DNA from: Podospora anserina
Taxonomy: Eukaryota
Length of the DNA: 64,000 bases
Assembly: GCA_017654855.1 (NCBI GenBank)
Contig: CM030332.1
Span: forward strand, 4,030,001-4,094,000
Reading direction: 5' to 3'
Positions 12,388 through 25,812 of this stretch are shown here, piece after piece. Positions within the stretch are counted from its first letter, which is position 1; each line of letters opens with the position of its first letter. The notes under the pieces were generated by a model, which was given only the letters and a program-made list of their open reading frames with translations, did no database searches and had not been told where the DNA came from. The position numbers were made by a program, and so were the translations under genes.

Positions 12388-15193
12388 TCACGTAACCCCA
12401 TTCCCATTCCCATTCCCATTATTCCCCCCAAACACCTCACCATTACTCCCCCTATTATGCACCCCATTCCCCAAATCCACCACCACCTCCAACCCCCATT
12501 CACCCCCCCTATCCACAAACCGTCCCTTCACCCCCTTTAGTCCCCTCCTCCCCCGGTTTCTTACACCCCCGGTCGCCTCCTCCCCCCCAGTCTCCTTATC
12601 AGCCGCCGCCGTTATCCCCTCCCTCTCATCCTCCATGTAATCCTCCAACCGAGCCTTATCTGTCGACGAGACAGCCACCAAGCCAGCTAGTTGATCCCCT
12701 TTCAGGACGGGAACATCCCAGACGGCGGTCTGGATCATGATCCCTAGCAAAAAGATGACTGTGGCTGAGACTTGGATGATCAAAAAGGAGAGGTAGGGCC
12801 AGTGGATTGATATGACTCTGTCGCCTGTGCCTCCTGGGGTGGTTGCTGTTCCTGAGGCCAAGATGACGCGGCCGCCGGCGTTGGGGGAGGCTCGGAGGCT
12901 ATTGATCTCAAAGTTAGCTTCTGTCACGTTACAAAGGGTCGCAAAACAAGCCCGCTCATTTGTCAAAGGGGTTTCTTTGGACAAGGTGGTAGGAGTGACA
13001 GAAGAAGAAATAAAAAAAATTATAAAAAAAACAAATAGATAATATATAAAAAAGGCGGGGAGGGGGGGAGGAAGGAGGAGGAAACATACGCATTGGTTAG
13101 CCCAAGGGCGATATTACTCGTGATATTACCCACCACTTCCCTCGCATCATCATTTCCCGCAACAGAAGAAGTGGCTTCCCCTAGCACCCTCCCCGATGAA
13201 CCTATCTGCCCTGGAGAGTTGGTGGAGTAATTCCCGTTGAACAAACCCAAAAGGTAACGATGAAGATAGCTTGCGTGCTCCCGGTTGACGGTATACTCCC
13301 CCTGCCTCTTCCCAACAACAACCCTTGACGTGCTGCTACTGCTCAAGGCAGAAGAGTGCACCACCTCTGTCTTTGCTACCCCTTCAGACACCTCCACACG
13401 GTAGGTATTCACGCAGAAATAGAACAAGATCTCCAAGGCGGAGGTTGACTCGTCTGAGGTGGTGTAAATTAAAAAGAGGTTGGCGATGCCAGAGGTGGTT
13501 TTCCCTGTGTCGTCGCCTGTGATGAAGCCTAATGTGTTTCGAACAGGGAGGAAGGATGCATTAACGGCAGAGGTGATGTTGAGGTTGCCGGTGGTGAGGA
13601 GGATGCCATTTGGGAGTGTGGCTCGGGGGGAGACGAGGGTGGGAGGGGAGACGTTGAGTCGGGGGGTTATATCTGCTGTTGAGGAGCAGATTGCCAAGGA
13701 AGAAAAGTCGGGGAAGGTGCACGAGCCGGTCGAGCATGTTGGTGAGAGGTGAGCAATGGGTGAGGAGGATGGTTGGAACAGAGAGCTGTGGATGGAGGTT
13801 ATCTCGGCGGGTGAGAGGGCTACATCCTGTTAGCTGATAGAAACATAAAGGGGCAAGGAGCATACCATTGTAAGGCTCAGGATGGGTGTAAGCCTCGCTC
13901 CTCGGCACCGTTGCCGTCCCCCCTACCGCAATCCCACTACCGCCATCACTCAGAGGATACGTAATCGCCGCCTGGGTCAACGGCGACAGCAGAAAAGCTG
14001 TTGCTAGCAAAGCTGCAGCTGACATCCCCAGTGCCCTCCCTTTTCTCTTCAACATCAACTTGATGCCCCCTATTGGTGTCCTTCTGGCATCTTCAAACAC
14101 CCCATAATCTCTGATATCCTTCTCTCCTCTTGCAAACGAGTTCCATTTCAACTGCGACAGTCCCTCTCCCAATGGCACCACCAGCGCAGCTTGTGCTATC
14201 GCCACCAAGAACCCCACGAGGGTGTTCAAGGATATCGCCATTGGCCATTCAGACAAAGACTGCCCTTCGTGGATCTTGAAAACTGCTATTGTGAGAGCAA
14301 GACAGACAAGGCTGATGAAGCAACATGTCAGCTCCACAATCCAGCAGCCCAAATACCCGAAACATCCCTGACTACCATAGCCAGTTCCATGCTGTTGCTT
14401 CTTGCGTCTCCTCTGACGATCCCAGGACCTTTGAGCTTTCAAATATTTCTTATTTATTGATGGGACATCCGGGATGGCATCCTGCCTGGGAATCTGCCCA
14501 TCAATCTGGGATTCATCCTTTGGTTCCGTTCCCGGACCCGGGTTGAAATAATCGAGATCTTCATAATGCATAAAAGGCCCAGAGTTCGCATGGTTGCCCC
14601 GACCTGAAGACAACCGAGTCAGATTACTGGGACGGCTCTTTCTCTGCTGACTTTGCCTCAACCTTTCCGGAACCACATTTTGACTCGTTGTCGAACGAGA
14701 GTGATGCCGAAGGTTAGGAGTGCTATTAGTCTGCGTGGTAGATCTCCACGCCGAAGGTGGCACAGGCGTGATTTCTTCTTCTCTTGGAGGCTGCCGCTCG
14801 CTCGGAGGAGGCGTGATATTCAGCCATGAAGCCGTAACCGGAGGCCCAGACGTCGATAATGTCGGTTCTGGAGCTGGCCCATAAGAAGTCCGAATGGGAC
14901 CCTTACCCGGCTGCGCCGCCCGTGCCCTCGCTTCGTTCAACTCTCGCAAGTCCCGGCTCCCTCGCCAATATTGAGAAGGTGGGAATGGCACATCCACAGG
15001 ATGCGATCGAAGCGGTTGTGGAGGTGATGGTTGCGGCACAGGCGGGAGGTCCTTGTTCTGGGTGGCATAGGCGAGCCAGATTGGCGGATAGCTTTCTGTG
15101 CGTGGGACATCGGGTCGTTGTGGCACTGGAAGCTGCTGCTGCTGCTGTGACTGTTGTCTCGGCCAAGAGGGAGCTGAGAGGGATTCGTTGTAC

Positions 15194-15233
<40 letters not shown>

Positions 15234-15816
15234 GCGCCTGATGCTGCTGCTGCTGCTGCTGTTGCTGGAAGGACCCCGCATTGCCAGCTGCTTGCCAACC
15301 CGACTGTGCCGCAGCTTGGTGGTGTTGATGATGGGGAGGCGAAGAAAGACCCAAAGCTGTGCCTCCTCCACTGCCGTATACGTAGTATTGCTGCAGCTGT
15401 TCCTGATCGACGTCGTCGCTATCCCCTTGCTGGACAATATCTTCTTCCTGGTCCTCATGGATGGAACTGGCTGGGGACACAGTATGTCGCCCCCCACTGC
15501 TCACGGTCCCCACGCGCTGTGGTGATAATGGCGTTTGTGATGAAGACGCATTGGTCGGTTTCCTTGCTGGTCGAGTCTCCAAAGGCGAAACTTGTTCCTC
15601 GAGAGCTGGTCTCGGGCGCGTAGTGGCAGTATTGGTAGCCACAGTCACTGGTTGTCTACGCGTAGTCGTTGACGATGCTGATGGTACCGATATCATCTGT
15701 GGCCGTGAAGAAGGCGCTGTCGATGTCACCGGGGGATAATACGGCTCCGAAAAGACATAACCCTCTTCATCCTCGAGGTAGTATCGGTCATCGTGACACG
15801 GAGGACCTGGGGGCAT
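12388..15816 (-). CDS. DUF3176-type membrane protein with long Q/P-rich N-terminal extension
   Basis: WPMAISLNTLVGFL...LSQLKWNSF...FEDARRTPIG and, after an intron, CSTGSCTFPDFSSLAIC. C-terminal IHWPYL transmembrane segment. Two introns with GTATG donors and GCTAAC branch sites join three ORFs. Confidence 0.8.
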
Positions 15817-16302
15817 ATCGGGCAGCGCCTATCGTTGTCGTCGTGGATTTATCGAGAAGAAACATTTCCCGTCTTAACGAAATCCTCTCATTCCGATATA
15901 TCCAACCTCAATTCCTTCCCATCGATCCAACAAACACGAAGCTGAGTGAGCGGATTTTCGTTCCTTTGCCGGTCTATCTTACCATCCGTCTCACACAGCC
16001 GACGGAGAGTGTAGGCACCGCAGAATCAGACGTGACAACAATTCGTCCCTCCTCCCTCTTGCCAAGTGCCAATTGAACCAAGAGGTGGAGAAAACAAAAA
16101 CAGCGACGGGGAAGTTTGAAGAGCAAAAAAGAAGATCAAATCGAATGATGAAATGTTTGGTTTAGCCAAACAACCACTCTTACCTACCCACCCCTCTCTC
16201 CTCATGTCTGAGGTAAGCTCAGCTTGGTTTAGTACATGGGGGAGGGGTGATGATGCACGATCCGTACCTGTCCATTTCTTACATACATAGACGATCCCGG
16301 CT

Positions 16303-16304
<2 letters not shown>

Positions 16305-16333
<29 letters not shown>
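16305..16333. repeat. (CA)n microsatellite
   Basis: Dinucleotide run. Confidence 0.95.
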
Positions 16334-17275
16334 GAACACAAGGCCCAACAAACACACCCATTCACAAACCCACCACCCTCACAAACAGACTTTTTGATGC
16401 GTGCCTTGATTTTTCAACGTTTTATTGCCAAAGCCACCTGCACTCTCATCCGGCTTAGCTTCACTGGTCATATCTGTACCTTTTCTGCGCAATGTCGTCA
16501 ATCAATCCCCCATCCCGTCTCCGTTCATCACCAAATACACCCAACTCACCAATGTCTCTGTACCCTCAGCCGTTTGATGACTGAACCGGGCTTTTCGTTT
16601 TATTATCCACCCTCACTGATTGCTCGCAGCAACAAGCAGGCCGAGGCCAGGGCCGGTGAGAATTTCAGGCCGGGTAGCTGCTGTTGCTGCTTGCCTCTTC
16701 CCAGCCTCTTCCCTCCCAATCGAGGCATAAGATGTGATATAATCCTTGGCATGACCTCGATCTCCAGAATCCGACTATTTCTATATTTCCACGAGGATCA
16801 ACAAACTTGCTGGAAAGATGAAATAATTTGATCTATATGATAGAATCGACTTATATACCCGGTTAATAGAGTAGAAAAAAAAAAGGGTCCAGTCCACTCA
16901 GTCGTTGTTGTACTACGGACTTTTATGGTGGAGCCAAACCCACCACAGCACCACCCCCCGAGCCGGGACAAATAACATCCCAGAGAAAGCTGCTGCCTGA
17001 AGATTCAAGAAAACCTCACGTTCAAAACACTTGCACAAATCCCTATTCACGAAACAGTGTTTTTACCATCATTCCAACCCTTATGAAGCCGAAAAATGAG
17101 AAGCATTATGGTGTTTGTGAACCAAGATCGCTAGAAACCTCACAGAACCCCAAAATGAGACGAACAATTGCTGCGCCGCCGCGCGGTAGTCTCGGCACAG
17201 GTGGTCAGCTCCAAACAGAAATGCAAAAATCCCGAGCTGCCGCGGCCGCTCGATAAGATGCTGAGCTCCAATATA

Positions 17276-17353
17276 CTCAAGCCCTCAAGCCCTCAAGCCC
17301 TCAAGCCCTCAGGCCCTCAGGCCCTCAGGCCCTTAGGTCCTCAAGTCCTCGAG
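17276..17353. repeat. 8-bp tandem repeat (CTCAAGCC/CTCAGGCC) x ~9.5
   Basis: 4x CTCAAGCC, 3x CTCAGGCC, then CTTAGGTC, CTCAAGTC and CTCGAG. Confidence 0.9.
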
Positions 17354-18378
17354 AGAGAAAGGTGTCACGACCAGTCCCGGCCCGGTTACACTGCATTTTG
17401 ATCCCCTCTTTTCCCTCTTTCTTCTCCGCATCTCCCCAGAGTGCCTTCCATCCCACTTCCCCACTTCCTCAATCCTGAAACTTGTGGCTTTGGCGAGCTG
17501 AGATGCAAAGAATTCACGTTCAATGCTGCAATCTACTTAAGCAACTGTTTTAATTGTTAAGTAAGTGAAGTGATGGCACCGAGCAAAGTCGCCGAACGGA
17601 AGCCGATGATGGGTGGATCCACCCGGTGCCGACCGGCCCGGCCCGGCGAACAGGTGGATCTACGTCGGACGCCGAGCCAACCGGGGTCGAGGCCGGCCCA
17701 AACAAAAACTGACAGTCTGCCTTGTCAAAAAGTATACAATCCCGATCCTGTATTTTTGGTTCATCCAAACCGAGAACAACATATTCCAGATTGTAGAAAC
17801 CTGGGACCAAACCACTGGTAACATCACCCCCAAGGGCACCTTCTACCCGGCGGCACAGGCCCAATCCATCGCATCCAATATCACTCAGTCAAAAGGCAAA
17901 TACCGGTAGACTTCTCTATTGTCCTAAATCATAACACTTATACATCCACCACCTCCCACCCAATACCCATCGCGCGCACGCTTCGCTCATGTTATACCCC
18001 CCTTGATGATGCCCCTTAAATTATGCCACACCCAACAACCAAGCAGCTTTTTGACCCTCTCAACATGTCCAATAAATAAAAGCCCGTACACAAAACAACG
18101 ATATAAACCGCTGAACTCATCCCTCCAAAAAGAAAAAAAGAAAAAAAAAACCCTCCCTAAACGCCCTATCCCATGTGACCCCCCAGAAAACAAAACACAC
18201 CAATCCAACTCCCTAGCCATGTAATCCCTGGGGTAATTCCTTATATAATAACAAGACAGAAAAATACACACCACTACTAATCCCGATACGCAGTGAATGA
18301 ACCCCCAGACGTAGATTCCACATGCGTCACGCTCGACGCCTCCGACCCTGATGATGCGCTCCGTCTGAACAGCCAGTC

Positions 18379-20181
18379 CTAATGGCGATGTTCATGGCCG
18401 TGATCATGGCTGTGATCGTGATCCGAGTGTGAGTGAGAATGGCTGCTTTCTGGCCGTGATCCAGCTGCAGAAGTGTTGCAGCACCCCTTCCCAACACAGT
18501 CATCAACACAGTCCAGGAGGCACGCATCCTCCTCCTCTAGCTCTCCACACCTTGGCGCCGCGATAACTGTTGAGCCATCCAACCCCATATTCACCACCGA
18601 TTCGTGGTCATGCCCCTCATCCAAACAGAACTCTGGTTGGATCGTAGCGCTGTGAATACCGTAGGCGTGCAAGCATTTCCTAGCCATCTTAGCCACCTCC
18701 ATGTATCTCGCGCCACCAGCCTCGGAGAGAGGGAAGGCGACCTTGATATGCATCGAGGCCACGATCTTGGTATCAGAGAGCTGCCAGATATGGACGTGGT
18801 GGCAGCTGACAACCCCGGGAAGACACTGGATATCCTCCTTGACTTCTTGCAGGTCGATGTTTTCTGGCGTGGCCTGAAGAAGAACCTTGGAGGTCGCCTT
18901 GGTGAGAGGAATGGCCGATTTGAGAATGATGAGCGTGATGAATAGAGAAACCGCTGGATCAGCGTATCTCTTGCCGCTCCAGTCTGTCAACCAAATGATG
19001 AGCGCGGTCGCAATGACACCCACATTTCCAAGCGCATCTCCCAGTACGTGAAGAACCATGGCGTCCATTCCCATATCGGCGTGACTGTGGCCGTGCTTCT
19101 TTCCAGGCTTCCTTGGCTTGTTGTGATTATGCGAAATGTGAACGACCGAGTTGCGCCTAGACCGTTTCCCATGAGTATGCGCAGGTTCCGCCTCTTCCGG
19201 AATCACAGCATCTCCGCTTTGCTCAAGCAATGGCTGCTCCTCCTGAGCAGGCCCGTCAAGGAGCGCACTTTCATCCTCAGTATTACTGTCGCTGCTGGAT
19301 CCATCATCGACCGGGGGTTTGGTAGCGGCGATGATCTCCTGTCGGAAACTGGCGGGGTGGATGCTGATATCGTCTATACTCAAACGGCCGTGCTGCCGGG
19401 CAGCCTGAAGACGTTTCTTGTGCCCGGAACGAGAACCTTGGCGAGAATGACTATCAGTTGAAAATCGAATGTTTCCACCCGGAGATTCAGGGATCAAAGC
19501 AGGAGGCTGCTCGTTGATGGGCGATGCCAGGTCCCGGTAGCCGGCGCGTCCCTCCTCTGCCGTGCTAACATCTGCTTCGTGTGTATGCGAGTGTCCGTCG
19601 CCATGGTCGTGGGCGTGGTCATGGTCGTGATCCCCAGGCCCATGCGAATGTCCGTGTCCACCAAGAACGACAAAGCCAACCAAGTTTGACGCCAATCCCA
19701 TGCAGCCCACAACAAGGATGAGTTGAGGGTTTTCGATATCAGGTGGATCAACGAGTCGTGAAATGGCTTCGAGTACGATAGAAACGCAAAGGGCGATGAG
19801 GAAGACAGCGTTGAAGAACGCACCCAGAATTTCGGCACGAACCCACTACAGGTCAAGTCAGTCAGTTACACAAATTTCCAGAGCGGGAATGATGGCGCTG
19901 GGCGAGGCGGAACTCACTCCGTATGAGAATCTGTTGGTGGTTGCCTTTGCCGCTACAGAGACGGCCCATAGACCGACGAGCAGTGAGATGATATCGTTTA
20001 ACTAGCAGATGGTTAGCGACGAGGGAAATAAGCCGGATGACGAGGCAATAGGTACCATATGAAAGGCATCTGCCATCAGCGCCAGTGACCCAACCATGAA
20101 GCCGACAGTGAGCTCCAGGACGAAGAACATGACGTCGATGACGAGCATCACCTTGATGCGCGTCGACTTCGACCACCCCAT
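18379..20181 (-). CDS. ZRC1: CDF-family zinc transporter (Zrc1/Cot1-like)
   Basis: SLALMADAFHM|LND, SYG|WVRAEILGAFFN, His-rich loops, LHVLGDALGNVG, ADPAVS, HHVHIWQL and GIHSATIQPE. Two introns. Confidence 0.9.
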
Positions 20182-21775
20182 CTTGAATGTCGTTCCGAAA
20201 GAATTCCTCCAAAAATTGAGTCGGGGTTGGTGATGTGTTTCGCGCTCGATGTGTTATGCCAACAACAGTGGGATGAAAAGAGAAAACAACAAAAAGATGG
20301 GATGTGTTTTGCGATGGCGCAGGTCAGACCGAGACGTCTGGTCTTTGCGTGATCAGACTGGGCGAGAATTCGCCGCCCCTCGCTGTTGACTAAAAAGGTG
20401 TGAGATGGCTAGCGTGCCCAGCGGTCGGGTCCAGGAATAAAAAACGTTGGCCGGGGGTTGCGATTATCTTTCAGACCCCTGTCCCGCCCTGCCGGTGACC
20501 TTCCTCAAAGAGATGCTTCAGCTGAAAGTTCAGATCAGTATCCGTAGCCCCATCGCATTCGCGCGTTCAATAGTTTGGTGACACTCTTGTAGAAATACAC
20601 ACAAGATAGATGGCATTGATCTGATCGCAAGGAACGGCATCTTGTTGCGCTCCCTCGCTGAGGTGTGCTGGCTCGTGGCAGTGAAAGGAAGCCGGCCCTG
20701 GTGACATCAATCAGGCGCCCCGCTTGCCCTGGAATGCCCCGCTTTTTTGAATCGCCGCAGCAATTGAGAGAAAGCCGTCGGAGTTCACATTCGGCAGAGA
20801 CTCGTTCCGGCAAGTTGAGGATATTAGCTACCGAATCTATTTTCTTTCTGGAATCCAACCTTATTCTCAATAAACTTTGTCCTGCCAGGAACAAGCACCG
20901 TTGGCGAACTCTAAGTTATGTGTAACGTCCCTGAATCCATCCACCGGTGCACTTGGACCCTCACCAAAACCGTTGAACCAAAACAGGCCTGTTGACTCAG
21001 CTAACCTGGTGATGCATTTACCTACGCGCCAGCGAGCTCACTTATCAGCAAGGAATGGCCAGACGTGGTGATATCAAACTACTGATACAACACCAACCCA
21101 AGACTTTCGGCGCGGGGGCTAGTACCCTTTTGAGCAGGTGACTACGCGAAGATCAACTACACTATCCTCAACTCAACCATACGCATGAACATTCGTGGAC
21201 AACTACCTGCCTGTAACGTCAGGTCCTATGCCGTGGAAAAGTCAAAACTAGCGCTTTATAGGGCAACAAGTCATGCGAACTCTTGCGGGCCGCATGATCT
21301 AGAAGCTCTCAGGTTACACCACATTCAGGTGTCGAAGCCAGGAACACATACATGACAAAGGACGGTGCTTCAACACTGAACATCGATTGACCTTAGATCA
21401 TGTCATCGACAACGTTATACCCAAATATTGCTCCTAGACTCGGGTGCATGGAAGGTCGAGCAATGAGTGGTACTTGGAAATGGGTGATCCAACAGACTCG
21501 TCCCTACCCACACAAAGTACACCAATTACGCAGTGTTTTATATAGGGATTTGTAACATTTTTGCAAGATTTCTCATTAAATATGCGGTTCCTACTTTCCC
21601 ACAACATACCGAACACCAACGACATGGAATCCAGCCCCTACTTAAGCCTGACTTTTCAGCCACACCCCCAAGAATGCGTATGCCGCGACCACCACAATAT
21701 CTACGAGTTTAACAGAAAAACACTTTCAAAAAAAGAGACATAGGATATTCGGGGTCAAAAGTTGAACAAAGCAAA

Positions 21776-21894
21776 ACATACAACACCGAGGATTCCCCAG
21801 TGGTCACCCACCTGAGTACTGATTCGGCGTTCAGCTGTTTGACGAGGGCAGAGCGGACGGGATGCCGTATTTTCAACTGACTATGGTCGTATGC
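21776..21894 (-). rRNA. 5S rRNA gene (dispersed copy 2)
   Basis: 119-nt reverse-complement match to copy 1 with 5 substitutions. TATAAA at -29 (21923) and a downstream T-run. Confidence 0.97.
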
Positions 21895-22319
21895 GACAGT
21901 TCTATACCAAAATCTAGTTTATATCCTAATGGGTGAGATATTGCCCATTTGTGGGTTCCATGTAAGACACCAACATGAGCGCGCCCAACCCTATACCTAG
22001 CCCAACATAACAGCAGCGACAAACAAAATAGTCGAAACCCACACAACAGGTAAAATGAGCGAGTCTTTGTCAGATCTCATATAAGATTGACTAGAGATGA
22101 TTCAAGGTGAATGAATTTTGGGTCCATGGTTTGGGATCCAATAGGATTAGGCTGCCATTTGTCACGCAAGTCTCACAGGGTCGAGTGTCAGCACTGAAAA
22201 GAGATTGACTTAAGTAAGCACACGATCCTTGTGCAAAGCTGACAGTCCATCTCTTTTGCACTGTACAGTTGAGACCAGACTTACAACTTGCTTCATAGAT
22301 ATATCCTAATAATCATATC

Positions 22320-24421
22320 ATGGCATGTTTCTTCCTCCCCAGTGGAATCGACGAAGGTGGGTCGAACCAGAGCCCATTCGCCCCTCCTCCCTCCAAAGCC
22401 CAACAAGCCTGTGTAAGTTGCCGAAAGCAAAAGTGAGCCTCCCTCTTAACCCCCTTCTCATGAACCAACACTGACAACACGCCCAGGAGAAAATGCGACA
22501 AAATCCTCCCCACATGCGGCCTCTGCGCCAGAATGGCCCGGCCATGCGATTACACCATCCTCGACACCATCCCACAACAGCAACCGGCCCAAGCATCATC
22601 AGAGGAGCTCGCAACCCTCCAGGCCCGGCTGTGTGAGCTAGAGAATCGTCTCAACAATGCCTCTCAATCTCAACAACCACCACCGCCACGACAACCATCA
22701 CCACCTAGCATGCACATCAACCCTGAAATTCTCCCTCCTCTACCTCCCAAGCCACCCTCGCCCCTCTGGTCCCCTTCTGCTGTCCCCTCCCGCTTTCCCA
22801 CCTCCTTATTCCTCGACCTGGACGCCTTCAACTGGTCCACCACCCCCATCCCCGCCCCCAATATGCCCATCCCAAGTGAAGTCCTCGACATCCTATCCAG
22901 AGGCACAACAGTCCAAGACACCGCCACCGAATACTTCCACGGCACCCACGCTTGGTTCCCCTTCATCTCCAAAAAACGCATGGAGCTCGGGCTGTCCCTC
23001 TGGGAAGCCGGTCCCGAACTTGCCTTCCTCTTTCTCGGCATGAAACTGGTAAGCACCCCAGTCAACAACGGGGTGGAGCCAGCCGGCAACCCGCTGTATA
23101 CCGCAGCGAAAAGATTCTGGGCTTCGCTCGAACAAGCCGGGAGCGTGAGCCTGCAGTTTGTCCAGGGGATGGTGCTGGTGACGGTTTATGAGATGGGGCA
23201 CGGGATATACCCCGCGGCGTGGATCAGTGTAGGAGTGCTGGGGAGATGGGTTGAGGTTTTAGGACTGCCGGGTTTTAGAAGAGGAGGGGTGGCGTTGGGG
23301 AGCGTGGTACGTCTTTTCAGCTGCTGTGATGATGACTCTGAAACCGATGAGGATGATGCTGACAGTACCTTCAAAAAGACAACCTGGACTGAATCCGAAG
23401 AACGCCGCCGTTTGTGGTGGGCAATCTACATTCTTGATCGCTGCATCTGCCTCGGCAACAAGAGATGTTTCTGCCTTCCGGAGCCAGACGAGTCTTTTGT
23501 CCTGCCGGTAGATGATAAAGCTTTTGTTAGTCCCCCTTCCCACTTGCTACCAAGTCACTAACCCACCCCCCGCCCCTTCAGGACGAAGGCAACCCAACCC
23601 TCTCCCCCACCAACCCCCTACCAACAACCCCGTTCACCACCCAGGCTCTCTCCCCCTTCACCCGCCTAGTCCAATCCGCCCTGCTCCTCTCCCGCACCCT
23701 AACCCACGTCCGCACCGTCATCCAATCCAACATCTCCAACCGCCCAGTCCCATTCTCCCTTCCCCTTCTCACGTCCCTCGCCACCGACCTGGTTAACTTC
23801 ACCCAGGTGATCCAATCCGAACTTTCCCCCGAACCACCCTCCCCCGGGACTACCACCACCCCCTCTTCCACCTCAACCTTCCTCTCCACCACCACCACCA
23901 CCGTCTCCCCTTGCTACACCATCTCCCTCCTCCCGTCTCTTTCAATAGCCCTCTCAACTCTAATCCTCCTCTTCGACACCTACTGCACCCCCGAAAACCA
24001 ACACCTCGGCCCCTCCCCCCTCCCCGGCCCCGAAGCTCCCCCCCTCCAGTCCCCCTCCCACATTTCCTTTGCTCAGCAGTCTATGCAAGGGCTACGGGAG
24101 ACCTCCCTCAAGATCCGCGAGCTCTCCCTCGAACTCCTCGACCTGCTCGTCCTCCCCTCCCAAGAAAAAAAACTCTCCCCTTTGTGCCTCGACAGCCTCT
24201 ACGCCTCAATGGCAACACTGCACTGGTTATGGAAAGAAGGCGGCAACGCGGACGTGAGAGAGGCGCTCGAGGATGTGCGACGGTGCATAAGCAGGACGAG
24301 CATGCGGTGGCGGGTGTCGAGAGAGTACCTCGAAATACTCAAACGGCAAGACGTCAGTTTTGCCATGGCTTTCAGGGCTGAGAGTGGCAAGTCATGTTTG
24401 ACACGTGTGGACGGATCGTAA
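22320..24421 (+). CDS. Zn(II)2Cys6 transcription factor with fungal-specific TF domain
   Basis: Spliced ACVSCRKQK|RKCDKILPTCGLCARMARPCDY. Also YFHGTHAWFPFIS and EERRRLWWAIYILDR. Three introns. Confidence 0.9.
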
Positions 24422-24602
24422 TCGCCGCTGTCGTTGACAATGATGGGACCCGCATGAACAAGCAAATGTTAAAACTCCATAATAAACGTTGTGGTATACA
24501 CTGGATGGATAATACATAACATAACGCCAATTCTTCTCAGTCGAACCCCAAACACCATTGGCTTGCTTGCTTGCTTTCCCATAGTCTAACAAATACCTCC
24601 CC

Positions 24603-25812
24603 TCAAAACTTGTAAACCTGCTCAGGGGTATACCCCAACTCCTTCAAAATCCCCTTCAACTCCCCCTGGTCCCTCGGGCTCTTCTTGTTCCCCGAAATGC
24701 TGTCCATCATCCCCGGCGGCCCGCAAACAAAAACCTTGATGTTTTCGTTCTTCGGCTCCGGCAACACAGTCTTCAGCAGCTCCTTGTTGATGAACCCCTT
24801 CGCACCAGTCCACTGCTTGGGCGGGTTGTCCAAGACATAAAACGCCCTGAACCGCTGAGGGTAGTGGTTCTCGAGCGTGGCCAGCTCGTTCTTCAACAAG
24901 ATATCATCCGCGCTGACGTTGCCAAAAACCAAGGTAACCTTGGTCTTATCCTCGGGGTTGTTGAAGATGGTCCTGAGCAGCTGGTACATGGGCGTGATCC
25001 CCGTACCACCAGCCACAAGAGCAATATGCTCATGTTTGTTCGGCGACCAAGCATACTTTGGCAGCGGCCCCTTCACATCAAGCCTCTGACCGGGAGCCAT
25101 ATCGTGCAAATGGGTGCTCATCGGGCCATTGGGGTACTTCTTCACCAACAAATCAATATACCCCGGCGTGTCCTCGTCGCTGATTGGCGTGTACGGCCTC
25201 AAAACAGCCTTCTCGGCATCCACAGGCTTGTACTTTGTCAAAATGGCACTCGCGACAGGAAGGCCAGAGACCATGTCATCCTCGGGCAGGCGGAAACGAA
25301 GACGCTTCGAGTTGTGGTTGATGATCTCCACCTCCTCAAGCTTGAGGCTGAGGAAGCCCTGGTCGCCGCCGGTGAAGGCTTTCTTGGCCTCGACGCCCGG
25401 GATCTTCTCCGCGACGGCGGCGGAGGCGTTCTTGACCTTTTCTTGGGCCTTGTTCGCAGCGGTGGAGCCGGAGAGGAAGTAGTAGCCTGCACCGGCGAGA
25501 CCGGCGGCGGCGGCGGCGCCGTAGAGGAGGGTGTTGTTGCTGCCCTTGGAGGAGGGGGAGGGGTCGGTGGCGTAGCTGCGGATTTGCTGCAGAATCAAAA
25601 AAAAATGTCAGTCAATGCGGTACAGGAGCCATGATTGCAGGATGCGAAAGAAGCTCGAAAGCTACCGCTTAGTCTGCGGTTGGTACATCCCTCGTGCTGA
25701 CCCAGCGATGACGCAGTTGGGGAGAGGGAGACAGCGAACAAAAAATTAGACTCACGCGCTTGAGGGGCGCAGAGACCCGGAAGGCGGACCGACTAGCGAC
25801 GAACAGACTCAT
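24603..25812 (-). CDS. MCR1: Mitochondrial NADH-cytochrome b5 reductase 2
   Basis: Mitochondrial-type presequence [13 protein letters not shown]..., then [27 protein letters not shown] and FVCGPPGM. One intron. Confidence 0.93.
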
